A stretch of 64,000 bases of DNA, from the NCBI GenBank assembly GCA_035906235.1, contig JAMIFN010000132.1, positions 1,542 to 65,541 of the forward strand, written 5' to 3'. Positions within the stretch are counted from its first letter, which is position 1, and the number at the start of each line of letters is the position of its first letter. The notes below the pieces were generated by a model. The model was not told the DNA's origin. It did not search any database and was given only the letters and a program-made list of their open reading frames with translations. The position numbers were made by a program, and so were the translations under genes. This DNA comes from Brachymonas sp. (lineage in GTDB: Bacteria; Pseudomonadota; Gammaproteobacteria; Burkholderiales; Burkholderiaceae_C). Below, one piece after another: positions 18,789 through 27,934 of the stretch.

Positions 18789-19787
18789 ATGAAAAAATTC
18801 TGGCTCAACTGGGTGCGACATGGCATGCCACCAAGACTGCAATTCGGACTGCAATTCGGACTCGCTTTATCGGCTACTCTGGGGCTTACCCACTTGGCGC
18901 AAGCCCAAGACTTCAGCCGCGACAGGGGGCAAGGTGAGCCAAGCCGATTCGCCCACATGCGCCGCGCACCAGCGGTGCATACGAACACATGGCCTGCTGG
19001 CGTGCGAAAAATTGCCGATGTCGCCTATGGCGCAGGCCCCAGCGAACGCATGGATGTTTACCTGCCCACCCGTGCCAGCGCACAAGCTGCCCCTGTCATT
19101 TTTATGGTGCATGGCGGCGCATGGCGTTTTGGGGACAAGGCTGCAGACGGCGTAGTGCAAAACAAAGTGGCGCGGTGGGTGCCACAGGGCTTCGTGGTGA
19201 TTTCCGTCAATTACCCCATGCTGCCGCAGTCCTCGGTCATCCAGCAAGCGCAGGCCATCGCCTCTGCCTTGGCCAGCGCGCAAAGTCAGGCCGAAAAATG
19301 GGGGGCGTCCAAGGATCAATTTATTTTGATGGGTCATTCAGCTGGGGCACATTTAGTGGCATTGCTGAATGCACAGCCAGCATTGGCGCAGCGATTGGGT
19401 GCTCGCCCTTGGCTAGGTGCTGTGGCGCTAGACAGTGCCGTGCTAGATGCAACAAGCCTGATGCAGCAGCGCCATTTGCCTTTGTATGACGATGCTTTTG
19501 GCCAGGATCCTGCCTATTGGCAAACCATCTCTCCCTATCAGCAGGTGGTGCGTGAGGCGCCTCCCTTCCTGCTGGTCTGCTCATCATTGCGCCAAGACTC
19601 TTGCGCCCAAGCCCAAGCCATGGCCAGCCATGTGCATGCACTGGGAGGGCAAGCCCAGGTCTTGCCCCAGCCCCAGACACATAGCGCCATCAATATGCAA
19701 CTGGGCTTAGAGTCCGACTACACCCGCGCCGTAGAAAGCACCATGGCCAGCTGGAGCCCCGTTATCGCCAAAGCATTAGGCCATTGA
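18789..19787 (+). CDS. secreted alpha/beta-hydrolase (esterase/lipase-like)
   Basis: Signal peptide, an oxyanion HGGAW motif and a nucleophile elbow GHSAGAH. The start is trimmed from ORF 18636. Confidence 0.7.
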   Translation: MKKFWLNWVRHGMPPRLQFGLQFGLALSATLGLTHLAQAQDFSRDRGQGEPSRFAHMRRAPAVHTNTWPAGVRKIADVAYGAGPSERMDVYLPTRASAQAAPVIFMVHGGAWRFGDKAADGVVQNKVARWVPQGFVVISVNYPMLPQSSVIQQAQAIASALASAQSQAEKWGASKDQFILMGHSAGAHLVALLNAQPALAQRLGARPWLGAVALDSAVLDATSLMQQRHLPLYDDAFGQDPAYWQTISPYQQVVREAPPFLLVCSSLRQDSCAQAQAMASHVHALGGQAQVLPQPQTHSAINMQLGLESDYTRAVESTMASWSPVIAKALGH

Positions 19788-19862
19788 TGGGGGGCGGCAT
19801 CGTGCCGCTCGTCCGATGCATCCAAGGCCTTGCAGAGCAGGCTATTAGGCCCACGCTATCAC

Positions 19863-20270
19863 CTAAAAATCAGCCAAGAAACGATGGCGCCAGCGCAAGG
19901 CGGCATCTTTATCCACCCCGCAGCGCGTAGCAACTTGGCGCAAGCTCAGGCCATCGATCAGCGCTTGGCCATAACTTAGCCAGAGTTCCCGCTTGCGCAG
20001 ATGTGCCAAGGGCGTGGCGGTGAGTGCATTGAAAGTGCGGCGACATGCCCGGCAGCGCCAGCGAGCGAGGCCGTGGCTTTGCCCCCAAGGGCGGAGATGA
20101 TCTTGGTCAGCGCGGCAGTGGGGACACTCTTGCGGTGGCGGCAAAGCCGCCACTACAGCCTGCAAGGGACTTTGCGCTGCGGCATCTAAGGCTTGCCGTA
20201 GGCGCTTACGCTGAGGCTCGGTTAGTTGTACCAAACCAGCCAAAAGTTTGCCAAAGTTGCTGCGTTCCAT
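19863..20270 (-). pseudogene. truncated IS1595-family transposase (Zn-ribbon + HTH only, DDE domain missing)
   Basis: CPHC...WRCRACRRTFNALTATPLAHLRKRELWLSYGQALIDGLSLRQVATRCGVDKDAALRWRHRFL matches the N-terminal part of IS1595-type transposases. The ORF stops where the catalytic domain would begin. Confidence 0.5.
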
Positions 20271-20347
20271 GATGCACCTCCACCAGTTGGATGCTCTTGG
20301 AATCCACTATAGGTCTGATCAATTGCGTTTGCAAAAGCTAACGCGGA

Positions 20348-20399
20348 CATAGCCATGTTTTTGGCGTTTAACGCCGAAAAACCTGCCTGGGCAGCTCAT
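20348..20399 (+). repeat. 55-bp dispersed repeat, copy 7
   Basis: catgtttttggcgtttaacgccgaaaaacctgcctgggcagctcat (1 core mismatch). Confidence 0.8.
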
Positions 20400-20465
20400 A
20401 TTTTTGATGGTACCCCCCAAAAATATCTGCTCAAAGCTGGAATATCGAGGTAGGCGGCTGAAATC

Positions 20466-20523
20466 CCAGTTTTTAATGACCGAATCAGGCTTTTAGGCCA
20501 CAAAACCTGCCTGAGCAGCTCAC
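20466..20523 (+). repeat. 55-bp dispersed repeat, copy 8
   Basis: ...caggcttttaggccacaaaacctgcctgagcagctcac (exact core). Confidence 0.85.
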
Positions 20524-20635
20524 TTTTTTGCATGAGATAAGCACCACTCTTCACTGCTGGCGTATGATCCGACGCACATGTTGCTGGGGGAGCAGCCCCA
20601 CAGCGGGTGCATTTAGGTAAGAGGGATGGGTAGAT

Positions 20636-23191
20636 ATGGATATTCCAAAGAAAATTTGGCAGCGCGACGCAGTCTGGGCTCTTCTCATAGGCGTTGCCGT
20701 TTTGTTGGTGCATCAATTCAGCTCTATGACCGATGCGTTAGAGCGCCGTTTTTACGACACCAGCAGCACACAAATTGCGCGCCAACCAGCCCCAAATATC
20801 GCCATCATCGCCATTGACGAAACCAGCATCGCCAATATCGGACGCTGGCCCTGGTCGCGCGAGATCCATGCACAGCTGATTGACAAACTGGCGCAGGCCA
20901 AAGCCAAAGTCATTGGCTACACCGTATTTTTCTCAGAGCCCCAAATCGACCCGGGCTTAGACTATGTCCGAAAAATTCAAGCAGCGATTCCGCCAGAAGT
21001 GCAGGCGCTGGAGGCATTTCAGCCCGTCAATACCCTGATTACCGAAGCGCAAACCCGCCTAAATAGCGACCACCAGTTGGCCACCAGTATCGCCACGGCT
21101 GGCAATGTCATTCTGCCCTCAGCTTTTGATCTGCAAGAGCCTATCGGCAACCCAGAAAATCCCCTTCCTGATTTTGCCCTGCGCAGCAGCGTCCCCGATA
21201 AAGAAGATACCGCTTTGCCTGTGAGCAATGCTGTCGAGCCTTTGGATATATTTGGCCGCCACGCTGCGGCAGTGGCGCATTTGGTGCAATTGCAAGACCG
21301 CGATGGCGCCGTGCGCGAAGAGCCACTTTTTGTGAATTATTATGGCCGCGGCATTCCCTCCATGTCCCTGGCTTTGGCTGCGCAGTCCCTGAATATCCCC
21401 ATTGCTGACTTGAAGCTGCACCCAGAGCAGGTGCAACTAGGGCGTCTAAAAATGCCCATCGAGGACGGCGCCATCGTGCTGCCGCAGTTCTACCAAGCCA
21501 AAGACGGCAAATTCGCCTTTCCTGTGGATTCTTTCTACGATGTTCTCAACGGCAAAATCCCCGCTAGTAAATACGCGGGCAAAATCGTCATCGTTGGCGC
21601 CACGGCAAAAGGGGTGGGTACCTTGTTTAATACCCCGGCGGCCAATAATTTTGATCCCGCGCAACTAGCTGCCTATGTCACTTCCAGCATTTTGCAAGAG
21701 CAATACATTGCCCGTCCCGCTTGGGCAGCGCTGTGCACATTTGCGGCCTTCCTTTTGGTGTTGGCTTTCCTCATGTTTGCCCTACCTAGGTTAAAAGCTG
21801 GGTTGGCCGCCGCAGTTAGTGCAGCACTTCTCGTTTTGCTATTGGGGGCTGAATACGGCGCCATGCTCGGGGCGGCTAAGTGGGTGCCTTTGGTGTTGCC
21901 AGCCGTCTTGCTGGTCTTGGGCTATGTACTGTTGACCACCAAGCGTTTTTTGTTTACCGAGGCTGGCAAAGTGCAAGCCGATGCGGAAAGCGCGGAAACC
22001 AACCGTATGATGGGTTTGGCGCTGCAAGGACAAGGCCGCTTGGACGAGGCTCTGGATCGCTATTTGCGCGTCCCCTTAGATGGCGAGAAAGGCAAAGCCG
22101 TCTTGGACAATCTCTATAGCCTGGCCTTGGACTTTGAGCGCAAACGCCAATTCAATAAAGCCCAGTCTGTGTACGAGCACATTGCCAAAGCCGCGCCACA
22201 GTTCAAAGATGTGGCTACCAAGCTCAAACGCGCCAAAAACCTGTCCGAAACGGTCATGTTAGGTGGCGGCGGCGATCACGCCGGCGGCACCTTATTGCTG
22301 GACGGTGGTGATGTTGAAAAACCCTTCTTGGGGCGCTACCAGATCGAAAAAGAGCTGGGTAAAGGTGCCATGGGCGTAGTGTATTTGGGCAAAGACCCCA
22401 AAATCGGTCGTGTCGTCGCTATTAAAACCATGGCGCTGAAAAATGAGTTCGAAGGCGAGGAGTTGGACGATGCGCGCGCGCGCTTCTTCCGCGAGGCCGA
22501 AACCGCAGGGCGTTTGCAGCACCAAAACATCGTTACCATTTTTGATGCTGGTGAAGAGCACGATTTGGCGTTTATCGCGATGGAGTTCTTAAAAGGCAAG
22601 GATTTGGTGGATTACACCAAACCCGAACGCTTGTTGCCCGTGGCACAAGTCCTGTCTATTGTTGAACGCGTGGCTTTGGCGCTGGATTACGCGCACCAGC
22701 AAGGGGTCGTTCACCGCGACATCAAGCCCGCCAACATCATGTATGAGGCCAGTAGTGACAGTGTCAAAGTCACCGATTTCGGTATTGCGCGGGTGACCGA
22801 CTCCAGCAAAACGAAAACGGGGCTGGTGCTAGGAACCCCTAGCTTCATGTCGCCAGAACAAATCGCGGGCAAACCCGTGGATGGCCGCTCCGATCTGTAC
22901 TCGCTGGGTGTGATGCTCTACCAGATGCTCACGGGACGCTTGCCTTTTGAGGCCACTAGCCTGACCGAGCTCATGTACAAAATTACCAACGCTGAGCCTG
23001 CCGATTTGCAGCAATACCGCAAAGATTTGCCGCCTGCTTATGCGCATGTCATACTGACAAGCCTTGCGAAGAAACCGGCTCAACGCTACCAAACGGGGAC
23101 CGATCTGGCCGTAGCCTTAGCCCAGCTCAGGCAGCCCATGTCGACCAGCCCCGCGGCATCTGCGCCGCCACCAGATATTTCTTTTGATTAA
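20636..23191 (+). CDS. CHASE2-sensor / TPR / Ser-Thr protein kinase (membrane receptor kinase)
   Basis: CHASE2 signature IAIDETSIANIGRWPWSREIH, then three or four TM helices around residues 365-440 and a TPR-like segment. Hanks kinase motifs are present: GKGAMGVVY, VAIK, HRDIKPANIM, DFG, SPE. Confidence 0.85.
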   Translation: MDIPKKIWQRDAVWALLIGVAVLLVHQFSSMTDALERRFYDTSSTQIARQPAPNIAIIAIDETSIANIGRWPWSREIHAQLIDKLAQAKAKVIGYTVFFSEPQIDPGLDYVRKIQAAIPPEVQALEAFQPVNTLITEAQTRLNSDHQLATSIATAGNVILPSAFDLQEPIGNPENPLPDFALRSSVPDKEDTALPVSNAVEPLDIFGRHAAAVAHLVQLQDRDGAVREEPLFVNYYGRGIPSMSLALAAQSLNIPIADLKLHPEQVQLGRLKMPIEDGAIVLPQFYQAKDGKFAFPVDSFYDVLNGKIPASKYAGKIVIVGATAKGVGTLFNTPAANNFDPAQLAAYVTSSILQEQYIARPAWAALCTFAAFLLVLAFLMFALPRLKAGLAAAVSAALLVLLLGAEYGAMLGAAKWVPLVLPAVLLVLGYVLLTTKRFLFTEAGKVQADAESAETNRMMGLALQGQGRLDEALDRYLRVPLDGEKGKAVLDNLYSLALDFERKRQFNKAQSVYEHIAKAAPQFKDVATKLKRAKNLSETVMLGGGGDHAGGTLLLDGGDVEKPFLGRYQIEKELGKGAMGVVYLGKDPKIGRVVAIKTMALKNEFEGEELDDARARFFREAETAGRLQHQNIVTIFDAGEEHDLAFIAMEFLKGKDLVDYTKPERLLPVAQVLSIVERVALALDYAHQQGVVHRDIKPANIMYEASSDSVKVTDFGIARVTDSSKTKTGLVLGTPSFMSPEQIAGKPVDGRSDLYSLGVMLYQMLTGRLPFEATSLTELMYKITNAEPADLQQYRKDLPPAYAHVILTSLAKKPAQRYQTGTDLAVALAQLRQPMSTSPAASAPPPDISFD

Positions 23192-23224
23192 CTTCCACTC
23201 ACCCTCCGCTCTGACCATTTTGCT

Positions 23225-24025
23225 ATGAAGTATGAATTTGTGGCCCTGACGGATGTTGGGCGCATGCGCCAAAACAACGAAGATTCGGTCGCCTACACGG
23301 TAGAGACGGGCGTGGCAGTTTTGGCCGATGGAATGGGCGGCTATAACGCTGGTGAAGTCGCCAGCGGTATGAGTACGGCTTTTTTGAATTCGGAACTCAG
23401 TCGGTGGGTGCAGCAGGCAGGCAAAAAAACCCATCTGAGCGACATCAAACGCGCCATCTCCATTTGTGTTGGCAATGCCAATTTATCGGTGTTCAACGCC
23501 GCCAGCAATAATGCGAGTTATCAGGGCATGGGTACCACCTTGGTGGTGGGGATGCTGCAGCAAAACCATTTCATCATTGGACATATCGGCGATTCGCGAG
23601 CCTATTTGCTGCGTGCCGAAGTGCTGCAACAGATCACCAAAGACCACTCCATGCTGCAAGAGCAAATTGATGCGGGTTTGATTACGCCAGAGCAGGCACC
23701 CTTTGCAGCCAACAAAAATCTCGTGACCCGCGCCGTTGGGGTTGGCCCATTTGTTGATGTGGAAATACACGAGCACCCCATTGAAGTCGGGGATGTCTTC
23801 ATGTTTTGTTCAGATGGCTTATCCGACATGGTTAGCCAAGACAGCATGCAGGAGGTGTTGAGAAATCACAACATTTCCTTGCAATCGCGTGCTCAAAACT
23901 TGATCGACGCCGCAAACGCAGCAGGGGGCAGGGATAATATCTCAGTCCTTATGGTCCAAGCCTTACCCGGCACAGAAAAGTCAGGGTTTGCACAGCAGCT
24001 TGGCAAACTCTTTTCTAAAAAATAA
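23225..24025 (+). CDS. PP2C-family Ser/Thr phosphatase
   Basis: TDVGRMRQNNEDS, LADGMGGYNAGEVAS and GGRDNISV motifs. Confidence 0.85.
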   Translation: MKYEFVALTDVGRMRQNNEDSVAYTVETGVAVLADGMGGYNAGEVASGMSTAFLNSELSRWVQQAGKKTHLSDIKRAISICVGNANLSVFNAASNNASYQGMGTTLVVGMLQQNHFIIGHIGDSRAYLLRAEVLQQITKDHSMLQEQIDAGLITPEQAPFAANKNLVTRAVGVGPFVDVEIHEHPIEVGDVFMFCSDGLSDMVSQDSMQEVLRNHNISLQSRAQNLIDAANAAGGRDNISVLMVQALPGTEKSGFAQQLGKLFSKK

Positions 24026-24083
24026 TCACTGCACGCCTATTCGGATTCAACATGAAAAAATGTGCAGTTCAACGAGGCTTATC

Positions 24084-24716
24084 ATGGCAAAACTGATCGT
24101 ATCTATTGACGGTGTCGTTATCCGAGAAGTTGAACTCAACAAAGAACGCACCAGTGTAGGGCGTCGCCCCTATAACGATGTGGTCATTGACAATTTGGCG
24201 GTGAGCGGCGAGCATGCCGCGCTCATTCGCGGCACTGGTGAGTTTTTTGCCGAAGACCTCAACAGCACTAACGGCTCTTACCTCAACGGCAAATCGCTCA
24301 AGCGCGAGCGTTTGCAAAACGGGGACATCCTTGAAATCGGTAAATACAAAATCAAATTTATTGGGGACGAGCCAGTCGCCAATTACGATGCCACCATGGT
24401 GATGCGCCCAGGCGCGGCGGTCGCTCCTGTGGCCGCCTCAGCGCCAGCACCAGTTGGCAATGCACTGATTCGCGTGATCTCTGGCAGCGCCGCAGGGCGT
24501 GATGTGGCATTGACAAAAGTCGTTACCACTATAGGGAAACCTGGAATTGCAGTTGCTGCTATTACCAAGCGTATTACGGGTTATGTGGTCGCACATGTGG
24601 ATGGCGATGGGGAAACCCTGCTCAATGGTAAACCCATCGGCAATGAACCTGTGGCATTGCAGTCTGGCGATACGCTGGAGCTGGCTGGTACCAAGATGCA
24701 GTTTCGCATTGAGTAA
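24084..24716 (+). CDS. FHA-domain protein (canonical N-terminal FHA + degenerate C-terminal FHA-like domain)
   Basis: The N-domain has SVGRR...VSGEHAAL...STNGSYLNG. The C-domain has TIGK...LLNGKPI...GDTLELAG but lacks the Arg/Ser/His triad. GAGG lies upstream of the ATG. Confidence 0.8.
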   Translation: MAKLIVSIDGVVIREVELNKERTSVGRRPYNDVVIDNLAVSGEHAALIRGTGEFFAEDLNSTNGSYLNGKSLKRERLQNGDILEIGKYKIKFIGDEPVANYDATMVMRPGAAVAPVAASAPAPVGNALIRVISGSAAGRDVALTKVVTTIGKPGIAVAAITKRITGYVVAHVDGDGETLLNGKPIGNEPVALQSGDTLELAGTKMQFRIE

Positions 24717-24785
24717 TGCTTAGGACAAGCATCCGCACAGCTTAAGACCTCCCTAAAACTTGGCTCTGCTTGACGACTGCGTGCG

Positions 24786-27089
24786 ATGCTTCCTACCAGC
24801 TCTACGCTAGCCCAAATGCGCCGCCACTGGCTGCGCATTGTTCTTTTGTTGCTCCCTATTGTGCTCTTGCTGTTGCAAGCGGTGCATGTTCTACCCTATG
24901 GGGCGCTCAGACACCTGGATAATTTATACAGTGACAGTCGCTTGCGACTGACGATGCCTAAGACGCGCGCTCAGGATGTCGTCATCATTGATATTGATGA
25001 GAAAAGCCTGGCTGAATTGGGTCGCTGGCCTTGGTCGCGCCAAACCATGTTGCAGTTGGTTCAGGCTGTATTTGAACAACAGCAAGCTGCGATTTTGGGT
25101 ATTGATATGGTGTTGGCCGAGCCAGACACCAGCTCGGGCCTGAGCATTTTGGAGGATCTGGCCAAAGGGGAATTTGCCCATCAGCCCGAGTTCGTGGCAC
25201 GCGTTCAAGCGTTGCAGCACAGCCTGAATTACGACGCCCAATTTGCCCAAGTCATGCAGCGTTATCCTATCGTGCTGGGCTATTACTTCAGCAGCGACCG
25301 CAATGGCGAGAAAAACGGTCAGCTGCCAGCCCCCATCTTAAGTAGCAGCGATCTGCATGGGCGCAAAATCCAGGTCAGTGCTTGGAATGGCTATGGTGCC
25401 AACTTACCGATCTTTGCCCAATCGGCACCCAGCGCAGGTTTTTTTAATGCCATCAGTGCTGGCGATGGAGTCGTCAGATCGATGCCGCTGCTGGCGCAGT
25501 ACGATGGTCAGTATTACCAATCCTTACCCTTGGCCATGCTGCGCCTCGCTACCGGGCAACCCAAGGTGCAAGCCGTTTTTCCTCCCGAGCGATTTCTGGG
25601 CAGGGGTTATCAACACCTAGCGCAACTCGATCTGAGCTACGCCAATGGTCGGACGGCAACGATTCCTGTGGATGAGCAAGTGGCCACACAGATTCCCTTT
25701 CGCGGGCCTGGCGGTGCGCAAGGAGGCTCGTTTACTTACTATTCGGCCAGCGATATTTTGAAAAATCGCACGCCTGCAGCTGCCCTCAAGGGCAAATTGG
25801 TGCTGCTGGGCACCACGGCACCAGGTTTGCTGGATTTGCGTACAACGCCCGTAGGTGATGCCTATCCTGGGGTTGAGGTCCATGCCAATGTTTTAGCAGG
25901 ATTTCTAGAAGGTAACACCCCCATACGCCCCGACTATGCTACCGGGTATGAGTTTGCCTGTCTGGTGTTGTTGGGTTTGGTCTTGTTATGGTTTCTACCG
26001 CGCCTGTCGGCCTTGCGCAGCATGGCATTGAGTGTGGGCTTGCTACTGCTCTGCGTTGGCATCAACACATGGCTCTATCTTGGCGCGCATCTTATTTTGC
26101 CACTCGCATCCTCAGCCGTCATCATCATGGTGATGCTGGTTTTGCACCTAGCCTATGGCTATTTGGTTGCCAACCGATCCAAGCGTGATTTGGCCAAACT
26201 TTTTGGCAGCTATGTGCCATCGGAGCTGGTAGATGAGATGCTCAAGGATCCTAAGCATTATTCGATGCTAGCTCGCAATCAAGAGCTGACCGTTATGTTT
26301 TGCGATATCCGTGGCTTTACCAAATTGGCGGAAGGGGCAGACCCCCTGCAAATACAGTCCCTGCTCAACCGCCTCTTTGGTCATCTGACGGAAATTATCC
26401 GTAAGCACGGCGGGACGATAGACAAATACATGGGCGACTGTGTCATGGCTTTTTGGGGCGCGCCGATGAGCCAGCCTGAGCATGCCCAAATTGCCCTCCA
26501 TTGCGCCCACGAAATCATCACCAGCCTGCCGCGTATCAATAGCGATTTAAAGGCATCTGGCCTGATGCCATCCCAGTATCACGATTTAGGGGTGAGTATT
26601 GCGTTAAATACTGGCGTGATGTGCGTCGGCAATATGGGCACTGAGCTGCGCCAAGCCTACACCGTTATCGGCGACGAGGTCAATTTAGCAGCCCGCATCG
26701 AGCCACTGAGCCGACTGTACGCTGTCGATATTGTTGCCACCAATGTGGTGCGCAAACACAACCCAGATTGGGTATGGCAAGAGCTGGACCTCGTGCAAGT
26801 CAAAGGTCGCCAAGCGCCAGAGCGGATTTTTACCCCGATCGCCTTGCGTTCGGCATTGGGCGATGCGCAACGCAATGAACTCAAAGTGTGGTCGCAATTT
26901 GTCCAAGCCTACCGTCAGGGGCAGGTGGACAGTTGCGAGATGCTGCTGTTTAATTTGCAACGCCTGCATCCAGCCTCTGCGTTGTACACCCTGTATGCAG
27001 AACGCTTAGCGCTACTGCGTAAAGACCCCCCAGAAAATTGGCAGGGTGTTGCCATCATGGGGCCGAGCAAATATTCCCCTTTGGTTTAA
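24786..27089 (+). CDS. CHASE2-sensor class III adenylate/guanylate cyclase
   Basis: CHASE2 signature IDIDEKSLAELGRWPWSRQTM, then TM helices around residues 385-465. The cyclase core has TVMFCDIRGFT, IDKYMGDCVMAFWG and TVIGDEVNLAARIE. Confidence 0.85.
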   Translation: MLPTSSTLAQMRRHWLRIVLLLLPIVLLLLQAVHVLPYGALRHLDNLYSDSRLRLTMPKTRAQDVVIIDIDEKSLAELGRWPWSRQTMLQLVQAVFEQQQAAILGIDMVLAEPDTSSGLSILEDLAKGEFAHQPEFVARVQALQHSLNYDAQFAQVMQRYPIVLGYYFSSDRNGEKNGQLPAPILSSSDLHGRKIQVSAWNGYGANLPIFAQSAPSAGFFNAISAGDGVVRSMPLLAQYDGQYYQSLPLAMLRLATGQPKVQAVFPPERFLGRGYQHLAQLDLSYANGRTATIPVDEQVATQIPFRGPGGAQGGSFTYYSASDILKNRTPAAALKGKLVLLGTTAPGLLDLRTTPVGDAYPGVEVHANVLAGFLEGNTPIRPDYATGYEFACLVLLGLVLLWFLPRLSALRSMALSVGLLLLCVGINTWLYLGAHLILPLASSAVIIMVMLVLHLAYGYLVANRSKRDLAKLFGSYVPSELVDEMLKDPKHYSMLARNQELTVMFCDIRGFTKLAEGADPLQIQSLLNRLFGHLTEIIRKHGGTIDKYMGDCVMAFWGAPMSQPEHAQIALHCAHEIITSLPRINSDLKASGLMPSQYHDLGVSIALNTGVMCVGNMGTELRQAYTVIGDEVNLAARIEPLSRLYAVDIVATNVVRKHNPDWVWQELDLVQVKGRQAPERIFTPIALRSALGDAQRNELKVWSQFVQAYRQGQVDSCEMLLFNLQRLHPASALYTLYAERLALLRKDPPENWQGVAIMGPSKYSPLV

Positions 27090-27108
27090 AGCGCGCCTAG
27101 GTTGACTT

Positions 27109-27930
27109 ATGCAGCTACAAGTTCTTGGATGCTCCGGCGCCATTGCTCAAGGGGTGTATACCAGTTCTTTTTTGATCGATGCTGCCATCGCTTTGGATTC
27201 GGGTACGGGGCTGGGGCAATTAACGCTGGCGCAAATGCTGCAGCTCGATCACATCTTCATCACCCATACCCATCTTGATCACATCGCCGCGCTGCCGCTT
27301 CTATTAGACAGCGTGATGAGCATCCGTACCCAAACAGCGCGCCCGCCTGTGCAGGTGTATGCCCTGCCTGAAACCCTGTATGCATTGCGCAAACATATTT
27401 TCAACCGCATTATTTGGCCTGATTTCACGGCTTTGCCTTCGCGCGATAAACCTGTGCTGAACTTCGTGCCCGTCAGACTGGGGCAAGTCGTCACCTTCGA
27501 CGGCTTGCCGCACCAGGTGCAAGTCTTGCCAGCGCAGCACACCGTGGCCGCCGCCGCCTATGCCGTACGCCCAGCAGCCCATGCGCCTGCCTTGGTCTAT
27601 ACCGGTGATACCGGCCCCAACCCCCTGCTTTGGCAAAATTTAGCACAGCTGGATGTGGCAGGTTTAATCATTGAAGCTGCATTCAGCAACCAAGAATCTG
27701 GCTTGGCACGAGCCGCCCTGCATCTGTGCCCTAATAGTTTGCTTGGCGAACTGCGCAATATCCCTGCCAACAGCCATTACCCCATCTATATCACCCACAC
27801 CAAGCCTGCACAGGCACAGCAAATCCAAGCAGAGGTGAAGGCGCTGCTGCAGCAAGACGCGCAGCTGACCAATCTGTTGAGCCAACACCCCTTGCATTGG
27901 TTGCAATGTGGGCAAACAATCCGTATTTAG
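27109..27930 (+). CDS. class II (MBL-fold) 3',5'-cyclic-nucleotide phosphodiesterase
   Basis: VLGCSG...LDSGTG...ITHTHLDHIAALPLLLDS resembles the HxHLDH signature of CpdP/PDE1-type enzymes. It starts 19 bp downstream of the cyclase. Confidence 0.65.
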   Translation: MQLQVLGCSGAIAQGVYTSSFLIDAAIALDSGTGLGQLTLAQMLQLDHIFITHTHLDHIAALPLLLDSVMSIRTQTARPPVQVYALPETLYALRKHIFNRIIWPDFTALPSRDKPVLNFVPVRLGQVVTFDGLPHQVQVLPAQHTVAAAAYAVRPAAHAPALVYTGDTGPNPLLWQNLAQLDVAGLIIEAAFSNQESGLARAALHLCPNSLLGELRNIPANSHYPIYITHTKPAQAQQIQAEVKALLQQDAQLTNLLSQHPLHWLQCGQTIRI

Positions 27931-27934
27931 TCAC

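Noticed and set aside
20636-24716. The STK/PP2C/FHA triad read as a T6SS post-translational regulator (PpkA/PppA/Fha1-like).
   Set aside because: No T6SS structural genes (tss, hcp, vgrG) occur anywhere in the window. The kinase has a CHASE2 sensor rather than the PpkA architecture.
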